Source: Azolla caroliniana
Taxonomy: Eukaryota > Plantae > Polypodiophyta
Length of the DNA stretch: 64,000 nucleotides
NCBI GenBank assembly: GCA_043228905.1
Contig: JBHGNT010000020.1
Location: forward strand, 5,022,001-5,086,000
Direction of reading: 5' to 3'
Shown here: positions 50,406 through 63,196 of the stretch, in pieces
Numbering within the stretch: the first letter of the stretch is position 1
Layout: each line of letters starts with the position of its first letter
Made by a program: the position numbers and the translations under genes
The notes under the pieces: model-generated
The model's input: only the letters and a program-made list of their open reading frames with translations
Told to the model about the DNA's origin: nothing
Database searches by the model: none

Positions 50406-52636
50406 CGTTTTAGATAATCAATTAAAGACCACTACAACATCATTGACTTAATGAAAAAATTACATATAAACTAAACACATGATTAGATGGGAGAAGAGAG
50501 AATAGAAAGAAAAATTATGGAAAGAGTTACCGAAGTTCTTTGTTGATCGTTGTCTGGATCAAGGCCAACCGCACAACGATCGATCAGCATCAATCAAAAG
50601 ACAAATGAAAAACAAAGAAACATTAGTACAAAAATCTGATACCAAATATTATAGATCTTGGTACTAACGTAAGCTTAAGATAAGGATAATGAAAAGATAG
50701 ATAGAAAGGAGAAAGAGAAAGAAGGGTGCCGATCCACCCGACCACCCCCGAGCGAAGGGATCGAGACGGACTCGAGCCTCGATCGGCGTCCCATACCACC
50801 GCCGTGGCGTCGAGTCGTACCTGGTGCTGTCGCGCTCGCTACAAGGGTTGACCCACCACACGAGCAGAGTCTCGATGTAGTCAAAAGATGATCAAATGAG
50901 GGTAGCTAGGCCTCTTATTTATAGCGATACCTAAGGCCCCCAGGCAAGTTTACACTTGACCTAATGGGTTGTCTCAATCCCGAGGATTAAAAGTAATCCT
51001 CCCCTTCTTTACACTCTCGTTTAACCCTCACACTTATCCACGTGTATAGAATACTACGGTAAATTCTTACCACGGGATATTATATGGTCATGCCCGTAAC
51101 ATTGAACATGCCGCCGAACGATTCTTCCATTTCCAGTGTTGGTCGCTTTGATACCAGTTTGTGAAGAATAGCGCGGAATACTGCTCGGCCACAACCGAGT
51201 CTTTAGATCACTTCATTTAAGGATCAAACACAGAAATGGGAATAGAGATGAATACTCGTACACCAAAAGAAAGTACACAAGATGTTTACGTGGAAAACCC
51301 TAATAGGGAAAAACCACAAGAGCCCACACACTCCAAACTATCACTATATGAAAAAGGTACAATCTGAGACTCGGAGGCAACGACCTCGAGCTTTGTTTCT
51401 TCGCCAAGCGGCGGTTACAACAGAGTATCGCTCTGTATCTCCTCTCTCTCTCTCTATCTGTTACTCTCTATACAACTGTTATACACATACAAAAATATGA
51501 CCCCACACATTGATTGATTGCCCTAAGTCATATTTATACTTATATGAACTTAGGGCTATTTACAAATATAGCCTCAATAGGCTTACTCAAAACATATTTA
51601 CAAATATGTCTTCTCTTCCGATTCTCACTAGGTCCATCCGATCCGGTTTCCGGATCTCTTCCTGTTCTCACTGGGTCCTCTTCATTCATAATCGGATCCC
51701 ATTTGGAGGGACCGATTTCCCAACAGTATATGGTTGCCCATCCACCTAGATGAAACACTAAATTGTTTTTGTAACGTGAAGGAGTTTATGACAATCTCCC
51801 ATGTTTAGGGCCAACAATAGATGATAAAACTAGTATGTATACCATTCCAGACCAATCTCATTATGTAAGCATTAGACTGTGGATTTTGGTTTGGTTGAAC
51901 AACATAGGGCACATGCACTATGTTATATCGACCACGTTGATATCCTAGCGTATGATAAAATGGAGCACGAGCCTTTAGGTACATAGTTGAAGTTGAATTG
52001 AATACGAACCGCCCAACACATTGATGGTGATACACGCCCATCATCTTGAGAGTGTGAGCTTCACAACAAAAAACTCTTGCCCTTAAGCTCAACAATTGTG
52101 TCGGGCTTTCTACACTCAATTGTTTTTCTTCAAAACACGTAATCCATGTTGTAGGCGATGGACGAGTCATGCACCAAACCATAATCCATCATGGTTTTTT
52201 AAGGGTGTCTTGTCATCCATTATCATGTATGAAGGAAAAAAGATAAGAGACTTTGAAATGTTGGAAAAGAAGGATATCCATCCATCTATCTATCCCGGCA
52301 CATTGCAGTCATCACACGCGCGCGCGCACACACACACACACACACACATATGTATAACAGTATGTATATGTATATGTATGTACTGTATGTAATGTACATA
52401 TACATACATATATGTATGTACATATATATAGAGAGAGAAGAATAAACGAAGAACCTTCGGGATTTTTGGAGTAGGAAATTTCAGGGTTTCTCAGATTTCC
52501 AGAAATAAAAATGTTAGGGGTTTTTTCCATAACAACGGAATATTTCTGAGTCTTCTGCCGAAGGTCATCAATCAGGGTTCTTTATATACCTAGTTTTTTC
52601 GTAGGGAGGAGAAGAGGAAGAAGAAGAAAGAAGAAT

Positions 52637-52736
52637 ATGAGTGGAGGTGGTGGCTCAAAGACTCCTGCTGATTTTCTCAAGTCCATCAGAGGTCGTCCTG
52701 TCGTTGTCAAACTCAATTCTGGCGTTGATTATAGAG
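52637..52736 (+). CDS. LSM6: Sm-like protein LSM6, exon 1
   Basis: MSGGGGSKTPADFLKSIRGRPVVVKLNSGVDYR(G), then GT donor at 52737. Confidence 0.95.
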
Positions 52737-52845
52737 GTCAGCTTCTCTTTCTAATCTGAGTCAGTCAGTCAGACAGTCAATCAATGGTTTCTATATGCAT
52801 ACACACATAGAAAATGCGTAGGGTAGAGATTTATTTTACCTTTAC

Positions 52846-52876
<31 letters not shown>

Positions 52877-53149
52877 AGTGAGAAGGAGGGTTTACACAAG
52901 GGAGAACTACGATTAAGTTATCATGGGTGACAACTCCTCAATAGATGTATGCCACGCCAAAACCTTCTTCCTCGCTGTATGCACAACAAATTGACTTCTC
53001 TTTATTTGAGTGGGTACCCATCATCTAGCAGAGCAGAGTTACTTGGATCTTCTCAGTTATTAGGTATTATTAGGTGGCAGGGAACAGAGATATTGGATGT
53101 GGTTGATGCAATTCTCAAAGAAGGGGGATACTACTCTACAATAAGACCT

Positions 53150-53985
53150 CTTGATGTGAAAATAATGCATGCACACATGTGCTCACCCTTCTTGGTGGAA
53201 AATCGAGTATGACACTCACATCATCATGCCCGTCTAACAAGTCATCGCATTTTTTGCGGATTACCTTATACATTGAGCATGTGATAAGAAAGCAATATTC
53301 ATCCTCCACTAGGTTTTCATTGGATACCTCGCATATCTTCATATTTGGGTGATGGCCATGATGCTACCTCAACACGTGATTTGAGTGAGTGGGTTTTAAG
53401 AATTGTTAATGCTCTCTGAGAGCCAAGGCTCATGGTGGTAGTGAGACGTGATTGGATTTGTTTTGGCATTTTTTCCTTGTATTGGGGCCAACATTGGGGG
53501 TTATGTCTGCAATTTTCACATTTTACCATCTTGCAACTTTATCCTTATTGCCTCTAGTAATCTATCCTCAATGATCACGTACTTCATAGCATCACTTAAG
53601 AGCTCCAATAGATCTTTTTCAAACCATTTTATATTGTCATGCACCTAGCTACATGAGAGGATTTTGATCTTATTTGTTTTCTGTACCGTAAATCCTATGT
53701 TCCAAGCTTGTTTGGGCAGTCTGTGATTAGGCATATTCTTGACTTTTGTCATATACTTGTATGCATTTTTCATGGCTAGTACCTGGGCTGAGAACCTATT
53801 TCTAATAGCATGATAGGATAGGATATTTAGGATTTTATGCCCAATTGTCGACATAAGAACACTTTTTGGATTTTCTCTATTTCATGCCTTGCATTAAGTG
53901 AGATAATGCCACCCCACAATTCTGCTCCATAAAGAAACATTTGGACGACCATAGCATTGAATAACATCAATCTCACTTCCCATTC
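53150..53985 (-). mobile_element. 5'-truncated LINE fragment (RT C-terminus/3' end), antisense in LSM6 intron 1
   Basis: LFNAMVVQMFLYGAELWG...IEKIQKVFLCRQLG, RLPKQAW, LGSQRAL, VEDEYCFLITCSMYKVIR: motifs typical of RTE-X/L2-like LINE tails. Confidence 0.75.
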
Positions 53986-54527
53986 TCTGTAAAGAAGTAG
54001 AAGATAGAATGACAGTTTTTTGAAATATCTAAAGACAGATATAGAAACTAAAAACAATTATGGGGTTTAACACAGGAGAGATTAAAGAAAGCTGCAGTTC
54101 TGCAAAACAAAAGCCCATCAATTAAGCAGTCCTCTTTTTTTTGTATCCATGTGTACTATTTCTTCAAGTTTATCGATGCATAGACTAAAGAATGTTGGAG
54201 AGAGTGGACCCATTGCTTGAACCCTGTGTTACTCAAAAAGTACTTTGAGAAACCACTATCCATTTTCAATTGCCACCTAACTTGCTCATACAATTGTGCT
54301 ACAGCTGCTCTATACTTTAATGGCATTCTGATCTCTATCATTCTCTTAGAAAGCTCACTGACATTCTCTTAGAAAGCACACTATCATTCTGGTCTTTGAG
54401 TTAGTTTTGTGCATGTATCATGGGTATTCATGACTTATATGCATGCATTATAGGGCTTCATGGGTTATGTACAGGTCACCAAGAAAAACCTAATTGATTT
54501 CATCTCTATTGACACACTTAAAAACAG

Positions 54528-54641
54528 GTATTTTGGCATGCCTAGATGGCTACATGAATATAGCTATGGAACAGACAGAGGAATATGTCAATGGGCAGCT
54601 AAAGAACAAATATGGTGATGCGTTTATCAGAGGGAATAATG
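54528..54641 (+). CDS. LSM6: LSM6 exon 2
   Basis: AG acceptor; GILACLDGYMNIAMEQTEEYVNGQLKNKYGDAFIRGNN; GT donor at 54642. Confidence 0.97.
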
Positions 54642-54718
54642 GTAATGTTTTAACCATATTTCAAACTTATGTACTTTGGTAGCTATTGACAATTGAACTG
54701 TGGCTACTACTGTAACAG

Positions 54719-54765
54719 TGCTCTATATCAGTACTTCTAAGAGAACTATGGGTGAAGGAGCCTGA
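54719..54765 (+). CDS. LSM6: LSM6 exon 3 (86-aa protein in total)
   Basis: 77-nt intron, AG acceptor, VLYISTSKRTMGEGA-stop; intron phases consistent (100+114+47 nt). Confidence 0.93.
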
Positions 54766-55322
54766 TTACAAATAATAAAGTTCCGGCGTATGAAAGCGAT
54801 ACCACAAAATGGCAGATGAATCCTTCGATATATGTTTGTTAGGCCTGTTGTTTTTGTTATGATGAGCACTGAATTCATATAAAGGCCTGTGAACAAAAGG
54901 TAACAATGCTATAACTCGAATGTCTGAGAACTTGATGTCTGAAACATGACATGTAACATTCACATATCTTGTTTGAGTATAAACAGTAGAGAATAATACC
55001 TTCATAAATATTTTTATGCATTCAATTTTAAACTAAATTAAATCATGCCAGTGTAATGTTTAATGTTTAGTTGCATAGGGTATGTAATGACATCTTCTTA
55101 GAGCTAATATTAAATCATCTTTGTTAGAACTAATTTCTACTGCCAAAATTTTCCATATATTTGTCATGACAATGAATAAATTTCACACAGCATGTATGCA
55201 GTGGAAGAAACATTACAGCTCTTTGACAACTTACAATTTGTGCTAACCTTGGTGCCTTAGTAGTACCTAATCTTTAGGCACTGAAACATCCTGTTGCAAT
55301 CTCTTTTCTATGGTAGTCACAT

Positions 55323-55537
55323 AACTGAGGATGGCCATGAATTTTGAAATACTTTGAAAATCCTTATATTGTGTGTGGCTCCTTTTTGCTCATTTATTGA
55401 AACCTTAATTTGTGCCAAAAAGGCTGTAACTGAGGATTGCTATGAATTTTGAAATAATTTGAAACGATGATCCTTATATTGTCTGTGGCTCCTTTTGGCT
55501 CATTGATTGAAGCCTTGATTTGTGCCAAAAAGGCTGT
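55323..55537. repeat. ~105-bp tandem duplication
   Basis: aactgaggat...gtgccaaaaaggctgt occurs twice, head to tail. Confidence 0.9.
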
Positions 55538-56859
55538 AGAGGACGTGGACTTCATGATATGTGGTTTGTGAATTGATAGGTGAATCGATAGGTACGGCTA
55601 TTGATGAAAGTACAAATCACAATGAGATAATTGCATGAGCTCAGGTTAGACTGATCTGCAAATTATGCAATGAAAAAGAAAGGAATGATGTCATGGTGAT
55701 GACGCATTTTGAATGATGATCTGTCAATGTGCTCTTCATTTCTGAATGGAAAAGTTTGATTCTGAACTCCCAAAATATTGAGCATGAGAGGTGCTAGTTT
55801 GGTGATTGACCATAAAACCTGATGAACCATTAAGCAGTAATTATGAAGAGTATGCAAGAAGGGGAATTGGTCAAAAGAAGGGTGAATGAAGTTGATAAGT
55901 CATGAGAAAAGCAAAACTGTAGTAAGTTTCCAGGAAAGAGTAAATGATTGTGTCAAAATCAAAGGGAGAATCCTCAAAACCAATGGAGAGGAATTACAAG
56001 AACTCCCAACTTCCTCTTGTGAAGGGGCATGTTCCTATTCATATCCAACATCTCCTTGGCAGTCTTTTAACATGGTGATGTATTATTGGTACAATAGGTA
56101 GGGTAGTCCTCAATGGAATTGCAGAAGCATTCTACTTCTTAGGGATAGAACTAATGAAAACAAGTAGTGTGCAGAACTGACCTTTGCTCAATGCTAAGGT
56201 GGTTTTATCACTTAAGTTGCACGTTCTCTCTATTGAAGCTTGAGTTCCAAATGACATGCACACTATAACATTTATCATAATTCTCTCTCTCTCTCAATAT
56301 AAATTGTAAGGACGATCTCTCTTTAACAATGGAGGATCACATTACAAGTTGGGTTATGGTTATAACCAAGAAATTTATGTAATATTTGTACCCCTAGTCC
56401 TATGGCTAGAGATGATCACTTCAAGGCATACCTCATCACAGCATGTCCTATTATTTGCCAATATTAATGAAAATTCAAGTATCAACAAATTGCTAAACTA
56501 AACTATTTGCTCCATATAGGGATGATGCGAGAGAAACCTGAGTGCAACATATTGTCTCAATAGGTGCAATGCAAGAAAATGGGAAGCAAATTTTGGTGAG
56601 CAATGATCACATAAGAATCACAATTCCAAGCACTAGAAGATGACAAATAGATAACCAAGCAAAATATTATAGCCTTTCAAACTAGAGGGCAACTGTAACA
56701 ACTATAAAAACAATAATTAATAGAGTAACAAAAAAGATGGGAGGACAAATAAAAGTTCTTAAAATATGGTTAGTACGAGACTCTTTTTGCCAAGATAGGT
56801 CTCAAACCTGCGAACTTTGAGATAGATTAAATTATTCACCGATAATCCACAACATACCT

Positions 56860-57560
56860 TCACAACTGTAACCCCAAATATTTCGATCCCTCTTCTCATG
56901 GTCACAATTATTGTCGTGTGTTTCATCACAACTGCAACCTTGAAGATCTTGATTTTGATCTCTCCTTTTGTGGTGACATTGATCATCGTCACTCATTTCT
57001 TCATGATCACAACCATGAGCATCTTGATCCTAATCTAGATTTCTCCTCTCAAAGTTAGAACGATCGCATCGCAAGGTTCGTCACGACAGTAACCATCAAG
57101 GTATCAATATCTCCTCTCATGGTCATGTTCTTTATTGCATGTCTCTTTATGGCTGCAACCATAAATATCTCAATCTTGATCTCTCCTCTCATGGTCACAA
57201 CAATCTTCGGTGTGTATCTTGTCACAATGGCGACCAAGATGATCTTGATATCAAATATCGATCCCTCTCATAGTCATGATCTTCATCACATTTCTCATGA
57301 TAACCGCACCCATAAATACCTTGGAGTCCATCTTTCCTCTCGTGGTCACAATTATCTTCATCATGTCACGTTTCTTCACTTCCTTAATCATGATGATTTT
57401 GTCATGATCACAACCATGAATATCACGATCCCTTGTCTTGTGGCCATGTTCATTGTTGCAAGTCTCATCACAACCGCAACTACGATCTCAATCATCCCTC
57501 TATATTTTCTCATCTCTTTCATCATTGTGTGAATCATCACAAATGAAACTATGATAACAT
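56860..57560. repeat. Degenerate ~60-bp minisatellite
   Basis: Recurrent gatctctcctctcatggtcacaa / tcacaac.g.aacc units. Confidence 0.7.
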
Positions 57561-58419
57561 AGATCATTTCCCTTGTGAATAGATATGTCACCATCTTCAT
57601 AAGTGCGCCACACCACTCTAACAAAATGGGGCATTGCTTTTTTTTTATAAAAGGTGTTGCACAACAATGCTTAAAGCTATGTCACTAACCTTGTCGCTAT
57701 GTGACACACATAGAGTTTATGCGATGTTTCCATATTGGAACATGCTAAACGACATGCGTTAGAAAGGCATCTATGTGCGACACATTTCTCTATTTAATTT
57801 TTTAACACATAATAAAAGGGGGAGTCATATTACATGCACACACATTTTTCCCATACACATACATTCATAGTTAGGGTTAGTATTAGGGTTAATTAACCAT
57901 CGATACACATACAATCACATCTTCTACTTGACCATATTGTTTCTCTTGGGGTTTTATGTAATCTCAATCATAACCTTGACGTGATTCCTATAGGTGGGGT
58001 TACATTCAAAAAGAGGTTAGAAGACCTTGTGGAGTCATACCTTCGCTTGAATGGAGAGTCATTGGATGTAAGTGTAGATGTTTGTGATATCTTATAAATG
58101 TTTCCTATAATTGCATAAATATCCTTGTTTCCGAATGTAGGGATCAATATGAAAAGCACACAAAGTACATCATCGAGGATCTATAACAAGAGTTCGAAAT
58201 TGGGTGTAGAATGAAGGTCATCTTGAAGGAAATCTTGCTTCTCTTGTGGCATACGTGGGATGGTGTGAGGTACAATCTATAGTGCATCTGCATTACAATT
58301 AACTTGTAGTTGGTTGATAGTTTGCAAATTATAATATTGCATTTAGCTATTAAAAGTAAAATTGAGTCTTGGGGGAATCAAACCCCTATAAGCAACGAAT
58401 AGTTGCTTTCATCTAGAGT

Positions 58420-59333
58420 GTCACATATAATTAGAGAAAGCAAAAAGTAGATAAGGAATGTGAGATAGGAGACAAGTTATTGAGAATGAATGAATGAACT
58501 ATACTTGTGATTTCATAACTTGTGTTATTCATGTTGATTGGGATCAAGATGAACAGCTATATTTTCACATGTTCATAAGCACTACATGGGCATGCACGCT
58601 CCAAAAGTTTCATTAAACATTCCAAAGATTTCTAGAATGCATGGCACGTTGGAAGTTTCTAGAACTGTCTAGATATTTCTAGAATGCTTTGGTTATGACA
58701 TGGGAGGTTGGAGGTTCGATTTTACATAACACTATCCCTCTAAGGCCGACCTCAAAACTTTGACTTGTGTGATATCTTTGATGAAAATCTTCGACTACAT
58801 CAATGACATTCTATAAATTCTTGGCTGACTCTCATGTTACTTCAGAGATGGGGTACCAAGGTATTGATGTTGTTGATGAAGGATGCAAGAGTTGAGTATC
58901 CTATCGACCTATACTCTTCCCTTGCCGATAATTCGACTAGTGGGGGATGAGAAGGATGGTGTCCCCGAATTTGAGATGTATGGTGAGTTTCAAGAAGCGA
59001 TACATGGAATACATTTTCTCAATGATTTGCAAAGGTCCCAACTTCATTTAGTTCAACTTCGTGCAAGGACAAGTGGTCGCAATAATTTGGCGTAAGAACC
59101 AAACCAAATCACTGACTTCAAAGCTAGGGGTGTCTCATTGATGATTGTCCTAGTCCTTGTATCGTTCATTTGCAAGGGTGGCTCCAAGACTAGGTCGCGA
59201 TATATGTCCTCCAATTAACATGCTTGTTCTTTTGCCGAAGGACATACATGTAGCAAGGGTGTAAGACATAGTTCGCAAAGAACGAGGTAACTTTGATCAA
59301 CCCATGTAGCAAATTGTTGTAGGAAACATGTAC
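58420..59333 (-). mobile_element. Highly decayed Gypsy 3' end (integrase/chromodomain relic, PPT, LTR)
   Basis: PQDDW..YNN..H...KVTSFFANY integrase-like text; VDRILNS chromodomain-like; PPT agagggatag followed by TGTTATG at ~58730. Confidence 0.55.
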
Positions 59334-62300
59334 TATTGGGAGTAGGTCGATCCAATCATCTTGTGGAGAGACAAGCTCAACATGGGCCGAATCGGCTGGA
59401 GAAGGTGAGGGCCGAGAGCTAAATCGAAGAAAGTTCGACTCAGGTGGGCCAAGTCGGAAGAATTCCAAAAAGGACGTTGAGGGCCTATATTCCTATTAGG
59501 GTAGATACAAATATTGTAGGCAGAATTAGTGTCGGGCTCATTTATGAGCATTCAAGTATTGACGGTACTTGTGTCAGCCCACTCTTTAGGGGCTTGTATA
59601 AAAAGTGTTCACTGAGCACAACGTATGTACAGAGTGTTCATTATTCGAATTAGAAGTTGTTGTCTATTCTCTCTGTCTCTCTGTCTCTCACACCATTCTC
59701 TGTGTTTACCTAATTGTCGAGTTTCCGAAACCAAATGTGTGCTCAGTGTCTACGCACATGCTTTTGCACACGTATTCTTTTCATGGTACCAGAGTGCGAG
59801 GGTTGAGACTCCTCTGTAGCTGACAGAAAAGCAAGCGCACAAGACAGAGTCAAGTTTTTGTTTTTCAGAAAAGAGAAGATAGGAACATGGGCAGAGGAAT
59901 GGGAAGCTCACTTCCGACTGAAAAGCTCGATAGGAGAAACTATGCATCTTGGTCGTACAAGATGCACCAGTACTTGCTTGGGCACGGTTACTAGAGTTAC
60001 GTCAAAGGAGCTAATGATGCGGCACTTGAGTCAACACATAGAGATTTCCTGGCCCGGGAATAGACGGCAAGCAAAGTTCTCTACTGCTTTGCATATTGTA
60101 TGAGAGATCAACTTTTGAGCTACATTCGGGATGCCAAGATGTCAAAGGATGCTTGGGGAAATTTGAAGAAGATTTTCGCCGCGAGCACCACAACCAAAAA
60201 GCTTCAACTCAAATAGAAACTAAGCAACGTTCGACAAAGAGACATGTCGGTGGCTTACTAAACCTCCAAAATGAAGGAGATCTACGACTCTCTCACCTCT
60301 GTCAATCTGAACGTCGAGGAGGACGAAATGGTGTAGGTTTGCCTCGGAGGTTTGACGTCGAAGTTTGGAGCATTCCAAACAACGGTCTACATGAGGGAGA
60401 ATACAACTTCGTTTTTTGAGCTAGAATCGATGTTTCTCGTAGAAGAAAACCACTCAAGTGCATCTATGAGTACGAACACCGGCAACAAGATGTTGTACAT
60501 GGAGGTGGATCAGCCCCGTGGTCGTGGTGGACGAGGCGAGTCGGCGCATAATGGAAGCGGCCGACAGGAGCTGAACTCGAGGCATAATCGAAATGACGAC
60601 AACAGTTCCGGACCCTCCACGGGTAGGGGGAGTGAAAGCGACGCTGGAGGTCGGCAAGGAAAGACCGAGACGGACTATTGATATTGTGGCTGGAAGGGCC
60701 ACAAAGAGAGTGAGTGATGGAAAAAACGAGTAGATTCGGACAAGAACAGATCGAGCTGAGGAGACATGGATAGGCGTCAGAGATCGCACCACATCTAAGG
60801 CTCAAGGCGAACCGAAACGGGCCCAAACTTTGTGATAAAGCACAAACCCAACTCAATGGTGGTGAACACCTCAAGGTCGAACGAGGTGTGGTATGTGAAC
60901 ACCTCACATGGAGTGGTTCTCGACTTTGGAGAAGCCGAAGCCGCCGGGGGTCGTCGAAACTGGCGATGACACCCCTCACCCCATTGAGCACATCGGAGAT
61001 GTCCCTCTGAGCCATGTCGGCTAGAAGGAAATCATGAGAAATGTCTTGCATGTGCCCACAATCACCAAGAATTTGGTGTGGGTTGGACAAATTGTTGACC
61101 GGGGCATGCAAGTTCGATTTACTCATCTCGGATGCTTCATTGAAGAAGAAGGCAAGATCATTGCGCAAGGGCGCCGAGAAGGGAAGATGTTCATCCTCGA
61201 AATGAATGACGTAGGCACCACTATGTTCTCCAAGTGGCAAAAAGTAGAATCGGACATCGACTTGTGGCACAAGTGGTTAAACCACGTCAACTTCTTGCGG
61301 CTTCGGGAGATGCTGACGAAAACATCGTTTTCAGCTTGCCGAAGTTCAATGGACGAAATGGCCAAGTCTGTGAAACTTGCCAATTAGGGAAGCATCACCG
61401 ACTTCCATTCCCAAATGAAAGAAATCGGAGCCAAAACAAGCTCGATTTGACCCATTCGGATGTATGGGGACTGGTGCAGAACATGAATATCGGTGGAAGT
61501 CATTACTTTGTAACCTTCATCGATGATTACACTCGAACACTTGGGCGTGTTTGATCAAGAAGAAAAGCGAAGCCTTCTCTTTGCTTCTTAAAGGTGACGA
61601 GCCTTGCCGAGCGGGAGACAAGCCAAAAAATCAAGTGCCTAAGGGCCGATGATGGGAAAGAATACTTTTTCCGACCAATTCTCTAGCTATCTACAAAAGG
61701 AAGGAATCTTACACGAATTCTCCTACATATACACACCACAGCAGAACAACGTGGCCGAGGGGAAGAATCTGATGATTGAAGAAGCAGCCATGGCAATGCT
61801 TGAGGAGAAGCATATGCCCAAATTCTATTGGGACGAAGCTACAGGACGGCAATATACCTGTAGAATTGGACTTCTACAAATGGAGTGTCGCCACACGAGT
61901 TGTACTTAGGGAAGAAGCCGAATTTGGCACACTTGAGGGTTTTCGGTAGCATTGCATATGTGCATGTGTCGAAGGAAAAGCGGAGGAAGCTGAACGCGGA
62001 AGCCAAACAATGTAGCTTGGTCGGCTACTCGGATGAGCAGAAGGGTTATAAGTGTTATAACCCCTGCATGAAAGAGGTCTGAGTAAGCCGAGATGTCATT
62101 TTCGACTAGTTGGCTTCGTGGTATGTGCCCTCACCTCCAACTCCCATCCACTCCATTCCAAATTTTGAGGATGAGGTTAGTGAGGCCAAGATGCCCCTTG
62201 ATGAAGAGGAAATCGGAAATCTAGAAGAGAGTCTGATCTCATATCGCCTAAGTGGGCCGAATGAGCGATTGAATTGAATGGACCAGTCGGATGAAGAACC

Positions 62301-63196
62301 AACGAGTAGTGGAGACTCGGCCGTGCAGTACCCGTGCAAGAAATCAAGGAGACGATTTACGTGCAAGGAGAAAGGGAAGATGAAGATGTCGGAATATGGC
62401 ATTGATGCCGAAACATCGGATCGAAGTGAATCCTACATGGCTAGAAGCAAGGAGGAACCTCCGAAAATGGGGTCGAAGTCGGCCGAGAGGGCTACAAAAT
62501 CGGCGAATTAGAAGTTGCACCGATCCACCCACCAAAAGAATATAGTAATTTGGTACGCATACAATGAGTATATGGCGCATCATTATGCATATATATCTGA
62601 GAAGGTGGCAAATGTGCGTGAGCCGGAGAGCTACGTAGATGTGGCCAAGGACACAAATTGGCGTGCTGCTATGGAGGAAGAGATGCGGACACTAACGGAG
62701 AACGAGACTTGGGACCTGGTTGACGCCCCTAAGGGTGTGAAGCCAATCGAATGCAAGTGGGTGTACAAGATCAAGTACAACGTCAATGGCTCGGTCAACC
62801 GATATAAGGCCCGATTAGTGGCAAAGGGCTATGCGCATAAACACGACATCAATTACGATGAGACCTTAGCACCGGTTGAGGGCTCAACCATTCAAGACGA
62901 ATCCACATCGATGGACAGATCAAATCAGCCATCCAAAATTGACTTCAGTCATTATATATTCAACCGCTTTCTTTGAGGCCCTTTCCAATTCGTTTTTGCA
63001 AACTCCTTTCTTTTCACCTAGTGAGAGGAAAGTGCCTTAAGAAGGCATTTCAAGAAGAAAGTAGGTTGGTCGCGAATATGACAACTGTTCGTTTATTATT
63101 GGCGGTAACAGCGGCAAAGCGGTGGCACCTACATCAAATGCATGAAAAGAACGCGTTCCTACAAGGTTATCTTGAGGAACACGTGTACATGGTACA
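59334..63196 (+). mobile_element. Decayed Copia (LTR 59334-59783, PBS tggtaccagag, gag-PR-INT-RT), interrupted at 63197
   Basis: Same family as 16184-26469; many stops and frameshifts. Confidence 0.9.

Larger units (their letters stand above)
44090..51101 (-). mobile_element. Young full-length chromovirus (Ty3/Gypsy with chromodomain)
   Basis: 455-bp LTRs 44090-44544 and 50647-51101 (~5 substitutions by eye). TSD TTGAA, tRNA-iMet PBS tggtatcaga 50635-50644, PPT aaagagggggagta. Confidence 0.97.
43386..51725 (-). mobile_element. 5' half of a Tnt1/Tork-like Copia (LTR 51160-51725, PBS 51145-51156, gag ATG 51130), split by the chromovirus
   Basis: gag MEESFGGM|FKLTGSNYSV...KMRNML...CFYYGKPGHF reconstitutes across the TTGAA TSD. 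Confidence 0.88.

Noticed and set aside
35592-51725. A single intact Copia bounded by the LTRs at 35592 and 51725
   Set aside because: LTRs too divergent, no TSD, internal PR/INT missing.
55323-55537. Tandem snoRNA pair downstream of LSM6
   Set aside because: No consistent C/D or H/ACA boxes in both copies.
57055-57624. Ile/Met/Thr-rich ORFs as membrane proteins
   Set aside because: Products of the degenerate minisatellite.
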